IMG/VR virus record: IMGVR_UViG_3300010403_000705
Coordinates: 248,001-312,000 of that record
Length of the DNA: 64,000 nucleotides
Reading direction: 5' to 3' (one strand)
Under the pieces are notes generated by a model, which was not told the DNA's origin, did no database searches, and worked only from the letters and a program-made list of their open reading frames with translations. Shown piece after piece: positions 16,670 through 29,475 of the stretch. Positions within the stretch are counted from its first letter, which is position 1. Every line of letters begins with the position of its first letter. A program made the translations under genes and the position numbers.

Positions 16670-19249
16670 ATGACGCGCGAAGCACCCAAAGGTTTTGAGA
16701 TCATTGTGGCTCCTGTCTGTGGCAGTGAGGAGAATGGCTGGAGAATCTGCGGAAACGATAAATTGCGTCAGGTTGTTCTTGATCCCATCAGCGCGGAGGC
16801 TCTGGCACTCTCAGAGCGTGGTTCTGGGTTGGTGGTCATTTTGCGCCCGCAGTTCAATGAGCCTCATCTGGGCAAATATGCTTTCCGGGAGTATCGCAGT
16901 TTTGATGGTGGTCTGTTTGAGGAGATTCATTTTACCCTCGGCGCCAACACTTCCAAGCAGAAGCGATTGGACAATGAGATCGTTCTTCCTTCGCCGCCCA
17001 TCTCTTAACACCTCTCATGGTGTGTAATGGTCTTGAAAGGTCATCATGCATTGTTACGATCCTTACAACGTATCACATGTGATTGCTTACTTTGGTTACG
17101 AACAAGTTTTTTGCCGCGTTGGCAATTACGATGATGCTGAAGTTCATGGGAACAAGATAGACCGTACCTTCACCCAAGGTCTTGAGAATCATCTTGCCCA
17201 TCGAGTAGGGATACACCCCGAAAACAAGCAGGGCTTTTTGTGGGTTGATAACAGTAAAAAAATCCATTACGGGATGTTCTATGATTGTGACTTTGTGCAC
17301 ATCGAATGGCACACCCATCGTGTATTCAAAGAGTCGGTGCCTAACAACTTCTCCCGCGGCAAATTCATGGTACAAGCCGCTTATCTAGAATATCTGCGGT
17401 TTCCCAATCATGGATCCACCATTCGAGTCACGCAGTACGTTGATGGTCCTAGAGACTTTATTAGGACTTCCAACAGATTCCATAATGAAACGCCCATCGG
17501 TGCTGTTCGTTTTGTAGTAGGTGTTGACAATTCTTTTTGGAAGCTGACTAACTGCGGCGACCAAGGTCTCACAACTACACGAATTAACATTCAGACACAA
17601 GGATACTAAGATGACTGAGAGAGTGAAGCTGTGGCGTCGACGAGATTTGATGTCAAGTAAACGCTTGGCGTCGTCATTGCTGACCGGATTGATGAGCAAT
17701 ACATCTGAGGCATGGAAGAATCCCATCAAGCTGGTTGAGATGTGCTATGCTATCTCTGATGAGTTCGTTCGTCAGTCCAACCGTCGTGGAGAAGGAACGG
17801 GGAAAAAGCGTCGCAAACGCTGATTAAACCTGGCGTTATCATTGTTCCCATCTTTAATGGAGAGTTTCATGGCTAAGGATCTGTTTATCGCAGCGGTATT
17901 TCTCTTGTGGGGCGGCGTCTATTTTGCAACGCCAAAGACGTATTATAATCCTCTCGTGGGATATTATACCGGACGATACACCAATGCCGCGTGGCTATGT
18001 TTCTTTGCGTCACTGGTGTGTGTCTGTGTGGGTCTAAGTGTGCTTCACTAATTCCCATCTCTAACATGTGGGAAGATAAAACATGAGCAAAGATTTTCCC
18101 ATTCCGGTGGTGGTGCTTCGCAAAGAGTTTTCACAGATACGCGGGCGCTCACATGCGGCAACCCGTCAGGAATTTCTGCAAGCTTGTCAAGCATATCTTA
18201 AAGAATACAAGCTACCTGAGACTCCTGACAATTGGGTACATGCTGCGAAGACGTGTCGTATTCACTGTCGTCGATGTGATGGCACGGGAATGTTTATTAC
18301 TGGCATGAGCAATGGTCAGCCCATCGGACCTGGTGGACCTTGTTATCGATGTAACGGCAAGGGTTGGCAGAATGATGCGGATGCTCGGCGCAACTTTGGT
18401 GCTGATATGCATCAAAAAGTAATTCTCTAACAGACCATCGGAAAAAGGAGATGTCATGTTCCTTGAGGAAAATCACGAGTATCTCCAAGTAAGTCGAGCG
18501 CTGAGCGAATTGGTAGCTGCCCTGACCCATCTGGACATTGCTATCCTGTGTAGTGACGCCACTTTGACAGATGCTCGCGCAGCAGTCGTCAAAGGAAAAC
18601 GGCAGCTTGAATTGCGAAAGGCAGAGATTCTGGCAAACCATTATCAATTGTTGGAGAAACATGGTATGCTGTGACAGATAGCATTGTCCTGAAGCCCACT
18701 GCTAAAGAAGAGCATCAGGCAAAAAGGCGATCTAAAAAAGAACGTAAGGGAAAATCTTAACGTTTCCCATCCACCGCACACTAAATAAGGCTCATATGAT
18801 CAATCAGATTGTTGAACAGTTTCTCATTGCTGCTTGTATCGCTACCATTGAGGCATCGGATCGTCTGACTGAGGAGTTTAACAACGCTATGAAAAACAGC
18901 ATCGCCAGCAATGGCTGGGGGATGTTTTCTCCTCCGGATATGGGCAAGATGCATGCCATGGCGGCGCTGGACTATAATGAAAAGCGATGGGTGCCGATGC
19001 TGAGCCTCATCGAATGCTAGCCCATCAGAAGGATTCTATACTATGAATATGAAGTGCGCTCCTGATAATCCCAATGCTGTCTTTTTTGTTATCGATGGAT
19101 TGCGTTGCATAGGCTCCAACCATCGTTGTCGGATGCCCATCATTGAGGATGATGCAATCTGGTGCGGAAGTACCACGGCTCCAGATATGGATAGCTTGTA
19201 CTATACAGATTTTGATGACGAAGAGGATGATCCTGTGGACCACACCTAG
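16670..19249 (+). other. cluster of small hypothetical CDS (16670-17008, 17046-17609, 17611-17823, 17869-18051, 18456-18674, 18796-19020, 19043-19249)
   Basis: Co-directional packed ORFs with RBS; terminator hairpin at 19279-19312. Confidence 0.6.
18083..18430 (+). CDS. protein with DnaJ-type zinc-finger repeats
   Basis: CRRCDGTG and CYRCNGKG (CxxCxGxG). Confidence 0.7.
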   Translation: MSKDFPIPVVVLRKEFSQIRGRSHAATRQEFLQACQAYLKEYKLPETPDNWVHAAKTCRIHCRRCDGTGMFITGMSNGQPIGPGGPCYRCNGKGWQNDADARRNFGADMHQKVIL

Positions 19250-19329
19250 GACCTTCTGGCGTTAACTGTTAAGACTTGAAAGTGGCGGGTAGCACAACGC
19301 TCCCGCCACTTTTTTGTTTTATTATGAAT

Positions 19330-19364
19330 TGGTATAGTATTTGCAATATACATTAACCATGCCA
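19330..19364. promoter_or_regulatory. 35-bp dyad sigma54-like element
   Basis: TGGTAT-agtat-TTGCA-ata-TACA-N7-TGCCA after terminator 19279-19312. Confidence 0.75.
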
Positions 19365-19698
19365 ATTCTATCTCCCATCGTTTTTCCTACATCAGTAAGG
19401 TAAGACCTAACAAGACATTTAAGAGGGTCAAGAAAAATGAGATTCAGGGAGATTGGTAATTTGGGGGTTGCTGTCTTGATTGCCGAAGATGTCCCATCGC
19501 TCAAGATGGATCAGACAGCTTGGCTTTATGCCATAGGCTGTGTGTCAGCTATCTTCAGTGGTATTACCATGCTTTCCACCATTGTTTTTTAACCCATCAT
19601 CGATAAGTTTAAACAACTGTTATGAATACAAGTATCAACATCCTTCATGTTTCGATGATTTTGGTGGGCTTGTTGTCTCTGTTGGTTCCCATCCTGTC

Positions 19699-21779
19699 AT
19701 GAGTCCAGTCGAAGGTTACCGTTATTTAACGGATGCAGAACTATTGGGATCTTTAATTCCTTGGGGACACAACTTTTCTCCCTCTGTTTCTCACGCGGTG
19801 TTAAAAGCACCATGGGAATTGCTAGATGGTGAACAGTTAGGAACTCAGGTGTTAGTCCCATCAGGTCATTATCTGTTGCAGCGTATGCCCAATCCTTTTG
19901 GCTACGCCGCTCATTGGTATGTGCTGGCTGGAACATCGGTTGGCATGACATGCTCTGCTTGGGCGCAATGGGTGAATGGCGGTATTGATAAGCACGGCAA
20001 ACCCATCAATTGGGGAGTTCGCGAGATTATTCTTTATGTAGGTGGAAAGAAATTTCCTCCTCTTAATATAGAAGTAGCTCGCAAAAAAAGGATGGTTCCT
20101 GTGGCTGACAGTCGACCGCCTAGCAGAAAAATCCCATCCATGCTTGAAGTTCCTCTGTTGGAGCAGCATGAGCTTGATGCTCTAGCTGCTTGTCGGAGTG
20201 AGCAACAGTGGATTGATGTGTGTTTTCAGGTTACCAGCAAGCGCGGCGGAGCCTTCCCATCTGATTGGCATGCTCGCGTTATGTGTGGTCTGAAGCAAAA
20301 AGTTTTCAAGCGCTGGGAGTAGTCGTGAAAATCTGCCTCAATCAATTTGAACATAATCGTCAGTTGCGTGATCGTGCCGTTCTTTGTCAACCCACCCATC
20401 AGTTGACCAATTGGTGGGAGGATGAGATTGATAATGTGCAGGAACTGATCCCCATTATCTGCGACTCCATTGACAAGTCTGGTGAAGTCGTGACCATTGT
20501 TGCCCTGAGAGATTCTGGACTGCACTCTAGGAGCTTGGTGGAGATCAAGCACTTTGTTCAATGGTGTGTAGGTGTATCATAAGCTGATCCTATAACTGGA
20601 TTAAATGTTATGACTAACAGAGAAATGCTTACCTTCATATCAAGTGATGTAAAACAAGCTTTCAAAGATGCTGAGCATGCCTTGAACCAGTGTCCTGAAA
20701 AATCATATTCTGCGGCTTCTACTGCTTTGTTTTTCGGTGTTTCTATAGGGACGGGTATCATCATCCCACCCTCATCCGAAAATGATCTTGAAATGGAAGC
20801 TTTCAGAAAAATGTGCATTTACTACACAGTAGTGTTGAGTAAGGAATAGTAAAAGATGGCATACTCGATATATGTATACAGCAAGCGCCCATCCAATTCA
20901 TTTTGGAAGTGCCCCAAGTGTGGCAAGACCATGCGAGCGCATAGCGCTTATCATCTCAAGAGCTGTAAAGGTTCTTTCTAGAAAATTCCCATCATGAATA
21001 AAACGCTGCAAAACTTACATCCTAATGCCAGTCGGCATATGATACGTCCAGCGCGGGTGTTGTTGAACTTTATCCATCCCGATATCACGGTACGCACTCA
21101 TTGTCAGGGTGAAGAGTTTTTGTTTGATTGTGCAGCCACACATACTGTGTATGCCAAAATCATTATTGGTTGCCACCATTATCATCTTCACTTTTCAGCC
21201 TACGGTAAGAAACCAAAATTTGAATTGGAACTTTCCCGTGGCAGACTGGACGACAGCAATCTTATCAAGTTAGCTGACGCTTTGAATGCTTTGGCTGCTC
21301 TGGGAAGAGTTATGAGTCTAGCCGTTAACCCATCAGAGGAATAATGATTACAGAGAAAGAGTTGACTGAACTTGTAGAAAAGGTTCGAAGAACCGAGAGG
21401 ATCTGTTGTGTGGCTAGAGATACTCGACATGATCTTGATTGGGATCTTTGGAAGTATGCTAATCAAGAGGAGGGAAAATTCCTTCAGTCTCTCAAAGATA
21501 AACTGAAGCCCATCGGTCAGTAAAGACAATTAAATGTACAAAGACTCAGAATTGAACTTCATTTTGATGAAGATGTATTTGAGCCATGTCAGAACTGGGT
21601 CACCCATCCCAGAAAGTTTCTTGTATCTGGGAGAGATGTTCACCATCAAGGTTTGTCGCGCTAATAATATCGTTGGCAATCCCATCAGTATGTTGTCTGC
21701 TTTCAATCAAGAGACCGAAGCTTATCAATCACAGATAACTTTCTGGGATAGACAATGGAAATATAAGTCACGTTCCTGA
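19699..21779 (+). other. hypothetical CDS cluster (19699-20322, about 20325-20582, 20610-20849, 20994-21344, 21534-21779)
   Basis: Co-directional ORFs. Confidence 0.55.
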
Positions 21780-21789
21780 TTCTTTATTA

Positions 21790-21863
21790 GTCCTCTTAGC
21801 TCAGTCGGATAGAGCAATGGGTTTCTAACCCATCGGTCGGGAGTTCGAATCTCTCAGGGGACG
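21790..21863 (+). tRNA. tRNA-Arg(TCT)
   Basis: GTCCTCT/AGGGGAC acceptor, GCTC..GAGC D-arm, ATGGG-TTTCTAA-CCCAT anticodon arm, TTCGAAT T-loop. Confidence 0.92.
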
Positions 21864-21909
21864 CCGCAAGACGATGTATCCCATCAATTTATTGATTAGG
21901 TGTTATACC

Positions 21910-23469
21910 ATGGAAGTTCGTGAGTTAAGGAAGTTTCTCAATTGGTGTGCGGAACATAATATCGCTCTGGTCAAGGTGAACGCTATCAACGTGGCACCAC
22001 CAGAAGAAGTGGCATATCTGTTGCCTGACCAAGTGAGTGCTTTGTGCGGACAATTCAATAATCGTCCCATCCAACCTTATCGTCACGGGTGACAAGATGA
22101 TCAATCAAGCCTTTGACCGACTTGCCCAGGAAGTTCGCGATAACGATCGCCAGACTTTTACTTTCTCGGAAGCTCAAGGCTGGGCAGAAGAGTTAGGATA
22201 TAGCGCTGAACGCCCATCTGAGGTTATCAAAGCTCTCAAGTCACGAGGACTACAGATGGTAGAGAGGCATCCGCCCAAGACTTTTCGTACGTTAAACAGC
22301 AATCCACATGATCGTTGGATTGTTTCCAAGACACATGGTGGCGGCGGCGGCTCTAGTATTACTGGAATGGCTGGCTATGAAGGATAATCATTGTGGCGAT
22401 GAATGTCATGGTTGGTCCGCCGTGTGGTGTGCCGGATGTGGATCGGTTGCGCCATGCGCCCGAAACGATTGCCCATCCTGTCATGACGTGCTACAGGAAA
22501 CCCAGGCGCGACGAGAAGAAATGAAAAGTTTCGGTGGTTCAAGGGTTTTCGCTTCGCGACCTTTACGTCTCCAAAAGCGCCTTTAACCCATCACCTTACA
22601 ATAAACATTTACCTCAGATCGAAGAACCAAGTGATGAAAAAGACCCTTTCTCAGCGCAACCGTTTTATTTCTCCCAAAGCTGCACAGCAAGCCCTTCGTC
22701 GCCGTTTGCCGGCTTTGATGAAGAAGCTGAATGCTATGATAAGGAATGGTAGACGATGGTTTGGGTCGAACATCGACTTTGAACCTCCTTTCATGCCATT
22801 GGTTCATAAAGCTTTGATCAACGCTGGCTGGGAAGTGTCCGAAGAAAAAATTGGCATGGGACATACATTGAGTTTCCGCGCCAAGAATGAAAAAGATATC
22901 ATCAGGTTCTAATAAGAGCCGCTGCACCATCATCAATTGTATTAAATAAGGATACCATGATCGAACAGATGATTCGTCAAGCGATTGAAGATGAAAAAGA
23001 TTATCTGCTTCGCATTGCTCGCCTTAACAAGCTGCGGATGTTTTTGGATGCGCTAGAGAATGAGGCACAACGAATCAAGAAAATCGATCTTCCGTTATGG
23101 TATGTACAAGAGAATCGAAGCTATTACGGATATCATACGCATAACGGTGGCATCGAAAGCGGATCTTGGTTGATGATTCGTCAGGATGTAGATCCTGAGA
23201 TCCTAGAGTGGGTCAACGATTGTTGCAATAGTTGCCGGTATCTTGTTTCTGGATCTGAGGGATGGAAAGGTTCGCATCCCATCTATCACGGATTCTGTGA
23301 TAAGATGGTTGAAATTGGTAACAAGGTAACGCCATCCAAGCTTTATTATAAGGCAACTAATCTTCGTTATAGCAGCCAAAGCATTCGCGAAGGCTTAGTC
23401 AAGCGACTGGGAAGTCATACGTGGACACAGTGTCCACGCGATGTCAATGATCTGCCCATTTATCGCTGA
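21910..23469 (+). other. hypothetical CDS cluster (21910-22092, 22097-22387, 22634-22912, 22957-23469)
   Basis: Co-directional ORFs ending at hairpin 23486-23522. Confidence 0.6.
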
Positions 23470-23534
23470 GGAATTTCTGTTACGTCTTTGAGGAGCGTGG
23501 GATTACCCCACGCTCCTCAAAGTTATTGTTTAAT

Positions 23535-23569
23535 TGGCACTAGCATTGCAATATGCGAAGAGTATGCCA
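23535..23569. promoter_or_regulatory. 35-bp dyad sigma54-like element
   Basis: TGGCAC-tagca-TTGCA-ata-TGCG-N7-TGCCA after a 16-bp hairpin. Confidence 0.8.
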
Positions 23570-24036
23570 GTTATTTTCCCATCATCATAATGATCTCTGA
23601 TAACTTACTATATGGCGCTATCAAAAGCGTTCCTCACTAAGCGTTGCCTATCTTTGCGCTGGTGAATGTTATAAGGTCGGAACAATCCATCATGTTTTCT
23701 ATCTGTGGAGCCGATTGCACATCGGACGGTCGAATCGCGGGTCTAGAACCACGACTAAGAGCTGAAAAAGGCGAAAGCGGCGGTCAGCCAACCCATCCGT
23801 TGGAGGCATTGAAGCAGAGGAGAATGATTGGTGGTTTATTTCGTTAAATGTCGAATCTAGTTGGCAGAGGATATGCGGATGCACTTTAATTCGAGCTAGG
23901 CACATGCTCAATTGAAGTGGGAGGGGTTCGATTCCCATCCTGAAATATCATCGGTGCAAAGAGTATGCTTAACTAGGTGCCATTCAACATTTAACGAAAC
24001 AAGCTACCCATCAAAAACTAGACGTAATGAATAACC

Positions 24037-24345
24037 ATGAATAAGAAAAAAGAGATTGAATTGCTTCTTGGGTGGCTGGCTAACATTCCGATGCGAACGC
24101 GACATGTTGTAGCTTGTTACAACGTGGATCTATATAAGCAGCTCCTTCAGATTGAAAGTCAATGCTTGACTTTGGCGGCTGGAATCACCGGCTCCCATCT
24201 TATTCCCAATGGTGTTCATCTACTGATGAGCGTCGAAGACCTTGCGAATGTGTTGAGGCGCAATCCAGAATTCGCCGACAACTGCGCTGCGGCTTTAGTA
24301 ATGACACGTAGTCTTCCCATCCAGACTGACAACTCGGAAAAGTAA
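24037..24345 (+). CDS. hypothetical protein
   Basis: ORF. Confidence 0.6.
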   Translation: MNKKKEIELLLGWLANIPMRTRHVVACYNVDLYKQLLQIESQCLTLAAGITGSHLIPNGVHLLMSVEDLANVLRRNPEFADNCAAALVMTRSLPIQTDNSEK

Positions 24346-24360
24346 AGGACACTACATCAC

Positions 24361-24807
24361 ATGGCATACACCGTTTTTTATGATATGCTTGGTTTGGTGA
24401 TGGTGCGGATTGAGAATACTTTGGGTGCAGAAAACGAAATGATCTTCGTTGCTCAAAGCGGACGACGCTTTCGTTTCTGGCATGAAAACGATTGCTGCGA
24501 GAATGTTCAGATCGAAGAGATTGTTGGTGATCTTAATGATCTGATTGGTACTCCCATCCTGATGGCAGAAGAAGTGAGCAATGAAGATGCTCCAGTTTAT
24601 AACGGAAGCGAAAGTTATACTTGGACCTTCTATAAGTTCGCCACTGTTAAAGGTAACGTAACAGTGCGCTGGTTGGGAGAGTCAAGCGGTTATTACTCCG
24701 AAAGCGTGAGCTATGAGGAGATGGCGCCCGAGTCTTTCTTCGAAGAAGAGATAGCTCCCGAGACACATCGTAATAGTCAACCCATCAATCCTTTCGAGGA
24801 AGCTTAA
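24361..24807 (+). CDS. conserved phage hypothetical protein
   Basis: H..DCCE.V.IEEI.GDL.DL.G.PI..AEE...ESYTWTFYK..T.KG.VT.RWLGES.GYYSE pattern. Confidence 0.8.
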   Translation: MAYTVFYDMLGLVMVRIENTLGAENEMIFVAQSGRRFRFWHENDCCENVQIEEIVGDLNDLIGTPILMAEEVSNEDAPVYNGSESYTWTFYKFATVKGNVTVRWLGESSGYYSESVSYEEMAPESFFEEEIAPETHRNSQPINPFEEA

Positions 24808-24864
24808 TACGTCTCGGTCAGCTCTCACATCCGCGATTAATTTTCCTCTTGATGTGAGCCCATC

Positions 24865-25633
24865 ATGAATACCTGGGAAGAACAAATTAGTGTTGGACAA
24901 TGGCGCTGGCATGCCAATCAAGAAAGCCTAGCATTCTTAGTAGAAAAATGCGATACTATGTTTTGCGTGATCTGCTATCATGGCGGCAATCCAATTGGAG
25001 AGTATTGGTATAATGCCTTTGATCTTCAAAGAATTTATCCTCAACCCATCAGCTCTGATCAGATTGCCAAAGCGCTGACATCATGTAAAGACTAGCAAGT
25101 TAATAAAGCTTTTCCCATCAACGTCAAAACATCAATAACGGTAGCTAAGAGATAACAAGGGAGCAGAAAAAACCATGAATACTGGAAGCAAGGTTGCGGT
25201 TGTTGCGGGTCGTCATCGTCGGGCACTGGAGGGTTATGCGGGCACGGTGGATACCGTAGTTCGAGAGAGCGGTAAGGTTTGCGCTACCTTCGTCGATGGT
25301 CATGGCGAAGATGCCAAGCGCGTTTCGTTGCTCTTTGGTTTTGGTGAGCTCAGCGAGCTTGGTCTCAAGAAGTAATTCAAAACCCATCAGCGTTCACAGT
25401 TTCGGTTAAACCACAAGATTAACGATAGAACATCGAGGTTTATTATGAGCATTGATTCCAGCAAGTCGGCACCGGTTACTCGTTACGTTTCCAAGGGCTA
25501 TTTGAGGTTCGATGTCTTCGTCACCCATCGTGACCAGGGCACGGTGCAGTACACCATGGGGAATGACGATACGGTCTACGAGAAGAGTCCGGAGGCATTC
25601 GATACCTGCTATGGTGTTCCTGGCAAGCGCTGA
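24865..25633 (+). other. three small hypothetical CDS (24865-25095, 25175-25375, 25445-25633)
   Basis: Packed ORFs with RBS. Confidence 0.6.
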
Positions 25634-25881
25634 CCCATCATGAAACAGATTCTATTAGGTTTCGGAGTTGGATGCATAGCCACCGCGATGTTTCTTGTTC
25701 TCGCAGCGACTGTGTATATACTTCTCAAGTAGAACCCAACGCTCGGCGGCAACTGGTGCTTTGGCACTGGTGCCGCCAATGGGCGTTGCAAGAAGACGGT
25801 TTTTAGATGTCCCATCGGACATCAAGATAACTAAGAGAAGCGACGCAATCAAGCGTTAAACGATACTAAGGAGACACGACA

Positions 25882-26337
25882 ATGAAGGTTGACAATATCT
25901 CGGTGATCAAGGCTGCTGACGGTACTATCGACTTCGATGCCCTGAAGGTGCAGTTCGATGCGAAGTACACCGCTGAATACGAGAACGCGCTGACGGCGTT
26001 TCTCAAGAAGGTCGAGGAAGCGGATGCTGAGTTCAAGAAGGTTCTTAACGGCGACCCCGAGGCTATTTTCAGCAATGCCGCGGAGTGGTTCTTCGATACT
26101 TACGGTGCTGCGGCTCCCAAGCACAGCAAGCTGTCGATTGTGGAGATGACCGTTGGTAATCTGGTCACGACGGGCAAGATCAAGATGACCGACATGAAGG
26201 TGGTGAAGGAGCACTTCGCGGAGTGGCTGACCGAGAATACCGACAAGCCCGGCGCGGGGGCGCGCTTCACGCAGAATTCCAAGCAGGGACGCGATGCTGG
26301 TCTGTATCGCACTCGCAAGAACCCTGAGATTGTCTGA
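25882..26337 (+). CDS. hypothetical protein, likely abundant; paralog of 55238..55711
   Basis: AAGGAG RBS, extreme codon bias, followed by hairpin. Confidence 0.85.
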   Translation: MKVDNISVIKAADGTIDFDALKVQFDAKYTAEYENALTAFLKKVEEADAEFKKVLNGDPEAIFSNAAEWFFDTYGAAAPKHSKLSIVEMTVGNLVTTGKIKMTDMKVVKEHFAEWLTENTDKPGAGARFTQNSKQGRDAGLYRTRKNPEIV

Positions 26338-26876
26338 TAGGGACTGATGCAAGATGTCCGGGGCTTCTTTCAGAAGCCCCGGACATCTTTGCTTTCCCAT
26401 CAGACAATCAGAAAGACTATTCACATGAAGTATTTTGTTCTTATATTAACTGGAGGTTTGTTCTTTCTTGCATGTTCCTTAGTGTGGCATTACTGTTCTG
26501 AATGGTGGCACGCCTTGCTTGCGTGCGTGTTTCTGTTTTTCTTTTCATTCTTCTCTATACTAAGTGGTATGGTTATACAGGATGATTGACCCATCACTTA
26601 TTCTTTTGGCTATCTTTAAGAGAGGAGTAGATTATGACAAATGAATGGGGAATGGTTCCAGTCTTCAATCGACACAATATGCAAATTGGCGAGTCTCTGT
26701 ACGAAGGAGATATCATCATGGTTCCGCGCGATAACAGTTATCGCGTTTTCAAATATGAGATTACTGGATCTTATGTAGAGACTTCGCATCAAATCATCGG
26801 TCTTGATTTGAAGGACGATTAAGATAGATTCTCACGAATGGGCGCGTATGCGCCCATGATATTTATATTTATTGAT

Positions 26877-26911
26877 TGGCATCATCATTGCATTTTGCAT
26901 ATGCTATACCA
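26877..26911. promoter_or_regulatory. 35-bp dyad sigma54-like element
   Basis: TGGCAT-catca-TTGCA-ttt-TGCA-N7-TACCA after hairpin 26838-26857. Confidence 0.8.
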
Positions 26912-27145
26912 AATCTGTGATGAATCAACCCATCACACAATGAGTTGATAATAGATCAGGAGATTTGAGTCATGAGAAAATTTTTATGTTGGCTTGGTTT
27001 CCATGACTGGATCTGGAATGCTTCGATTTTTGTTCCTAACAAGGGAATGTATCACCTTGCCGAATGTTCTGGTTGTAAGAAAAACAACACAGTCAGAAAA
27101 TCTAGAATGGTGTTGAAGTAACCCATCTTCGAAAAACGTAGATTT

Positions 27146-28970
27146 ATGAAAGTTCCTCGACGTTTTTATCCACAAGTAACTGCTCTTCTCGCCTATCTTC
27201 GAAAAATGCAAGTCTTGGAAACAATAGCCAATTCATTGCATAGCAAGTTGGAGGATGATTCCGCCACTGATGCGGATCGATCCCATCTGTTGGAAGTTTT
27301 GGATGAGATGCAAGGTGCTGTGGCTACCTATGAGGAACATTTAGCTCAGGGACCACTTTTAACTTGCATAGCCAAAACTCAGATTGCTATGTTAAGAAAA
27401 CTTTCTGAGAGCAATCAACCCATCACTAATAAAAAATATCAGAAAAATAGATAGCTAATACAATGTTCATCGTTCAACCAACCCATCAAGTTCATAGGCA
27501 GATGCAAGATCGTGCAGTAGCTTTTCAGCATGCACGCCAAGTGAGCTACCTTTATCCCATCCAAGTGATAGTGGTTGATGAAGGTGATGAGAAGTACGGA
27601 CCGGCTTCAATAGCAAGGTTCTTGAACGGCAAACAAACTTTTCCCATCTGAGGTTCAGCAATTATGAATTCTTTTGAGCGCAATCTTCGACGCACCGATC
27701 CCATCGCAGCTAGCCTTCTTGATGATGTGTTTGGCATTAGCGACCAAGAGAGTGCTCGATTGTTCCGAGAGGCTAACACTCAGAAGCAAGGAAAATTTCC
27801 TAGACTGGTGATGAACGGACATTTCACTATTGATAGTCAAGAAGCTGCTCCATATCTGGAGCGAGCTGCCGAGATGGCAGGGGAATTTAATCTGCCCATC
27901 CACTTGCAAGATCCGCGAGAGTACACGATACACATCGTTTATCCATAACGGAAGAACTTTCCATCGAGGTGTCACATGTCTCAAGTTGTTTCTAGATCCC
28001 TGGCACCAGATGCACCCAAGGATTCATATTTTCCCAATAATCCGCAAGCTGATCATGCCCCTGGGTGTTTGGTAAATCAATCAACATATAGTTGTTCATG
28101 TGGTTTAACCTCCCATCAGCTTGATACAGGATGTTTCGTTTTATACGATCCTTACAGCATGTATCGAGCCAATCATCTTCCCAAGATTCAGAAATATCAA
28201 CCCATCACAGACATGGAAGGTTTTTTGGCTGGATTGAGAATCAAGAGCCGAGAGTTCGATATGGAGAGCTTCCGTCGAGAGGAAGAAAAATAACCTTCAT
28301 GTCCAAAGTTGAAAATAATTCCAACCCTCAGTTAATTGAGGGTTGGTGGGATCGGCAATCTCGTCTATATGGTTCTGATCAGTCAAAATGGTGGGCACAC
28401 ATGCCCATCCACGAACGCGTAGAGATGGTAGCAGATATTATTAAGAGTGGTGCCATCCCTCTTTACACTGCTGTGGGAGCTAATACTCTGTATCTCCGTG
28501 GTGCTCCCATCCATGAAGTAATTGACTGCATCATCATTCTGTTGCTGAATGACAAAGACCCACAGATACTTAAATGGTTTGAAGATTTACAGTCAAGCTA
28601 TTCCAGTCGTCTGTTGGTTTTGGAACTTGGCTGGCGTGGCTGGTTGAAAACTCTATCTGTCATCTAACCCATCAAAAGAATAAATATGGATAAGAAAACG
28701 ATAGAAGATTTCATCGAAGCTTTCGCTTGGTTCGGATCGAATACCGATAAGATTGTAGCCCATCTGAAAACAGATAATGGTGCTATCAAAGCTGTAGCGA
28801 ATTGGTTTACCCGAGCTTATTCCAACCCTCAGAGTTTCACCATGGTAAACGGTTTCATAGTTTCATCCACGGTGATTCGTCGGATCTATTGTTGGAACCC
28901 CATCAATCCTGAGAAATTGTCAGAAGCCCGGGATGCCATCCAAAACTTGTTTCCATCGTTGTATCAGTAA
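27146..28970 (+). other. hypothetical CDS cluster (27146-27454, 27463-27651, 27664-27948, 27976-28293, 28299-28667, 28686-28970)
   Basis: Packed co-directional ORFs. Confidence 0.6.
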
Positions 28971-29005
28971 TAACCCATCTCTGCAAAGAAGGAATCACAT
29001 ACGTT

Positions 29006-29242
29006 ATGCTCTTCAAGATTACTCCGGTTGTTTGTGCCCTGACTTTTCTCATTGTTCTGTCCGGTTGCGGCACCCGTGAGGTGCAGCCTCAGTTCCCTTC
29101 GCCCGATCCTCGGACGGTGGATCGGCTTGAGACGGACGCAGTGGAAGCCAACAAGAAGCTGGCGAATGCTTATTGGGATAGCAGCAAGGCATGGGCAGAG
29201 ATGCAGTATCTTCGTGCCAAGGCGTCTTACTGTCAGCCTTAA
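29006..29242 (+). CDS. putative lipoprotein
   Basis: Signal peptide with lipobox LSGC. Confidence 0.7.
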   Translation: MLFKITPVVCALTFLIVLSGCGTREVQPQFPSPDPRTVDRLETDAVEANKKLANAYWDSSKAWAEMQYLRAKASYCQP

Positions 29243-29475
29243 CCCATCCCGAACTTTTACAACCCCAGAAGAGGCTTCAGATGAAGCTCTGCTGAAAAGC
29301 AAAAGGTTATAGATAATATACACCTCTTCTGTAATTCTTAGGTTCGGTGTTCCGTAAGCGTGTGCGTGAGTCGGTAGGACGCATAAGTTTCCCTGTTAAA
29401 AACACCTCTTTCTTATCTCTCATTGTACTCCGAGTTTTTATAAACCACCAATAATTCTGAAGGAGACTACACACC

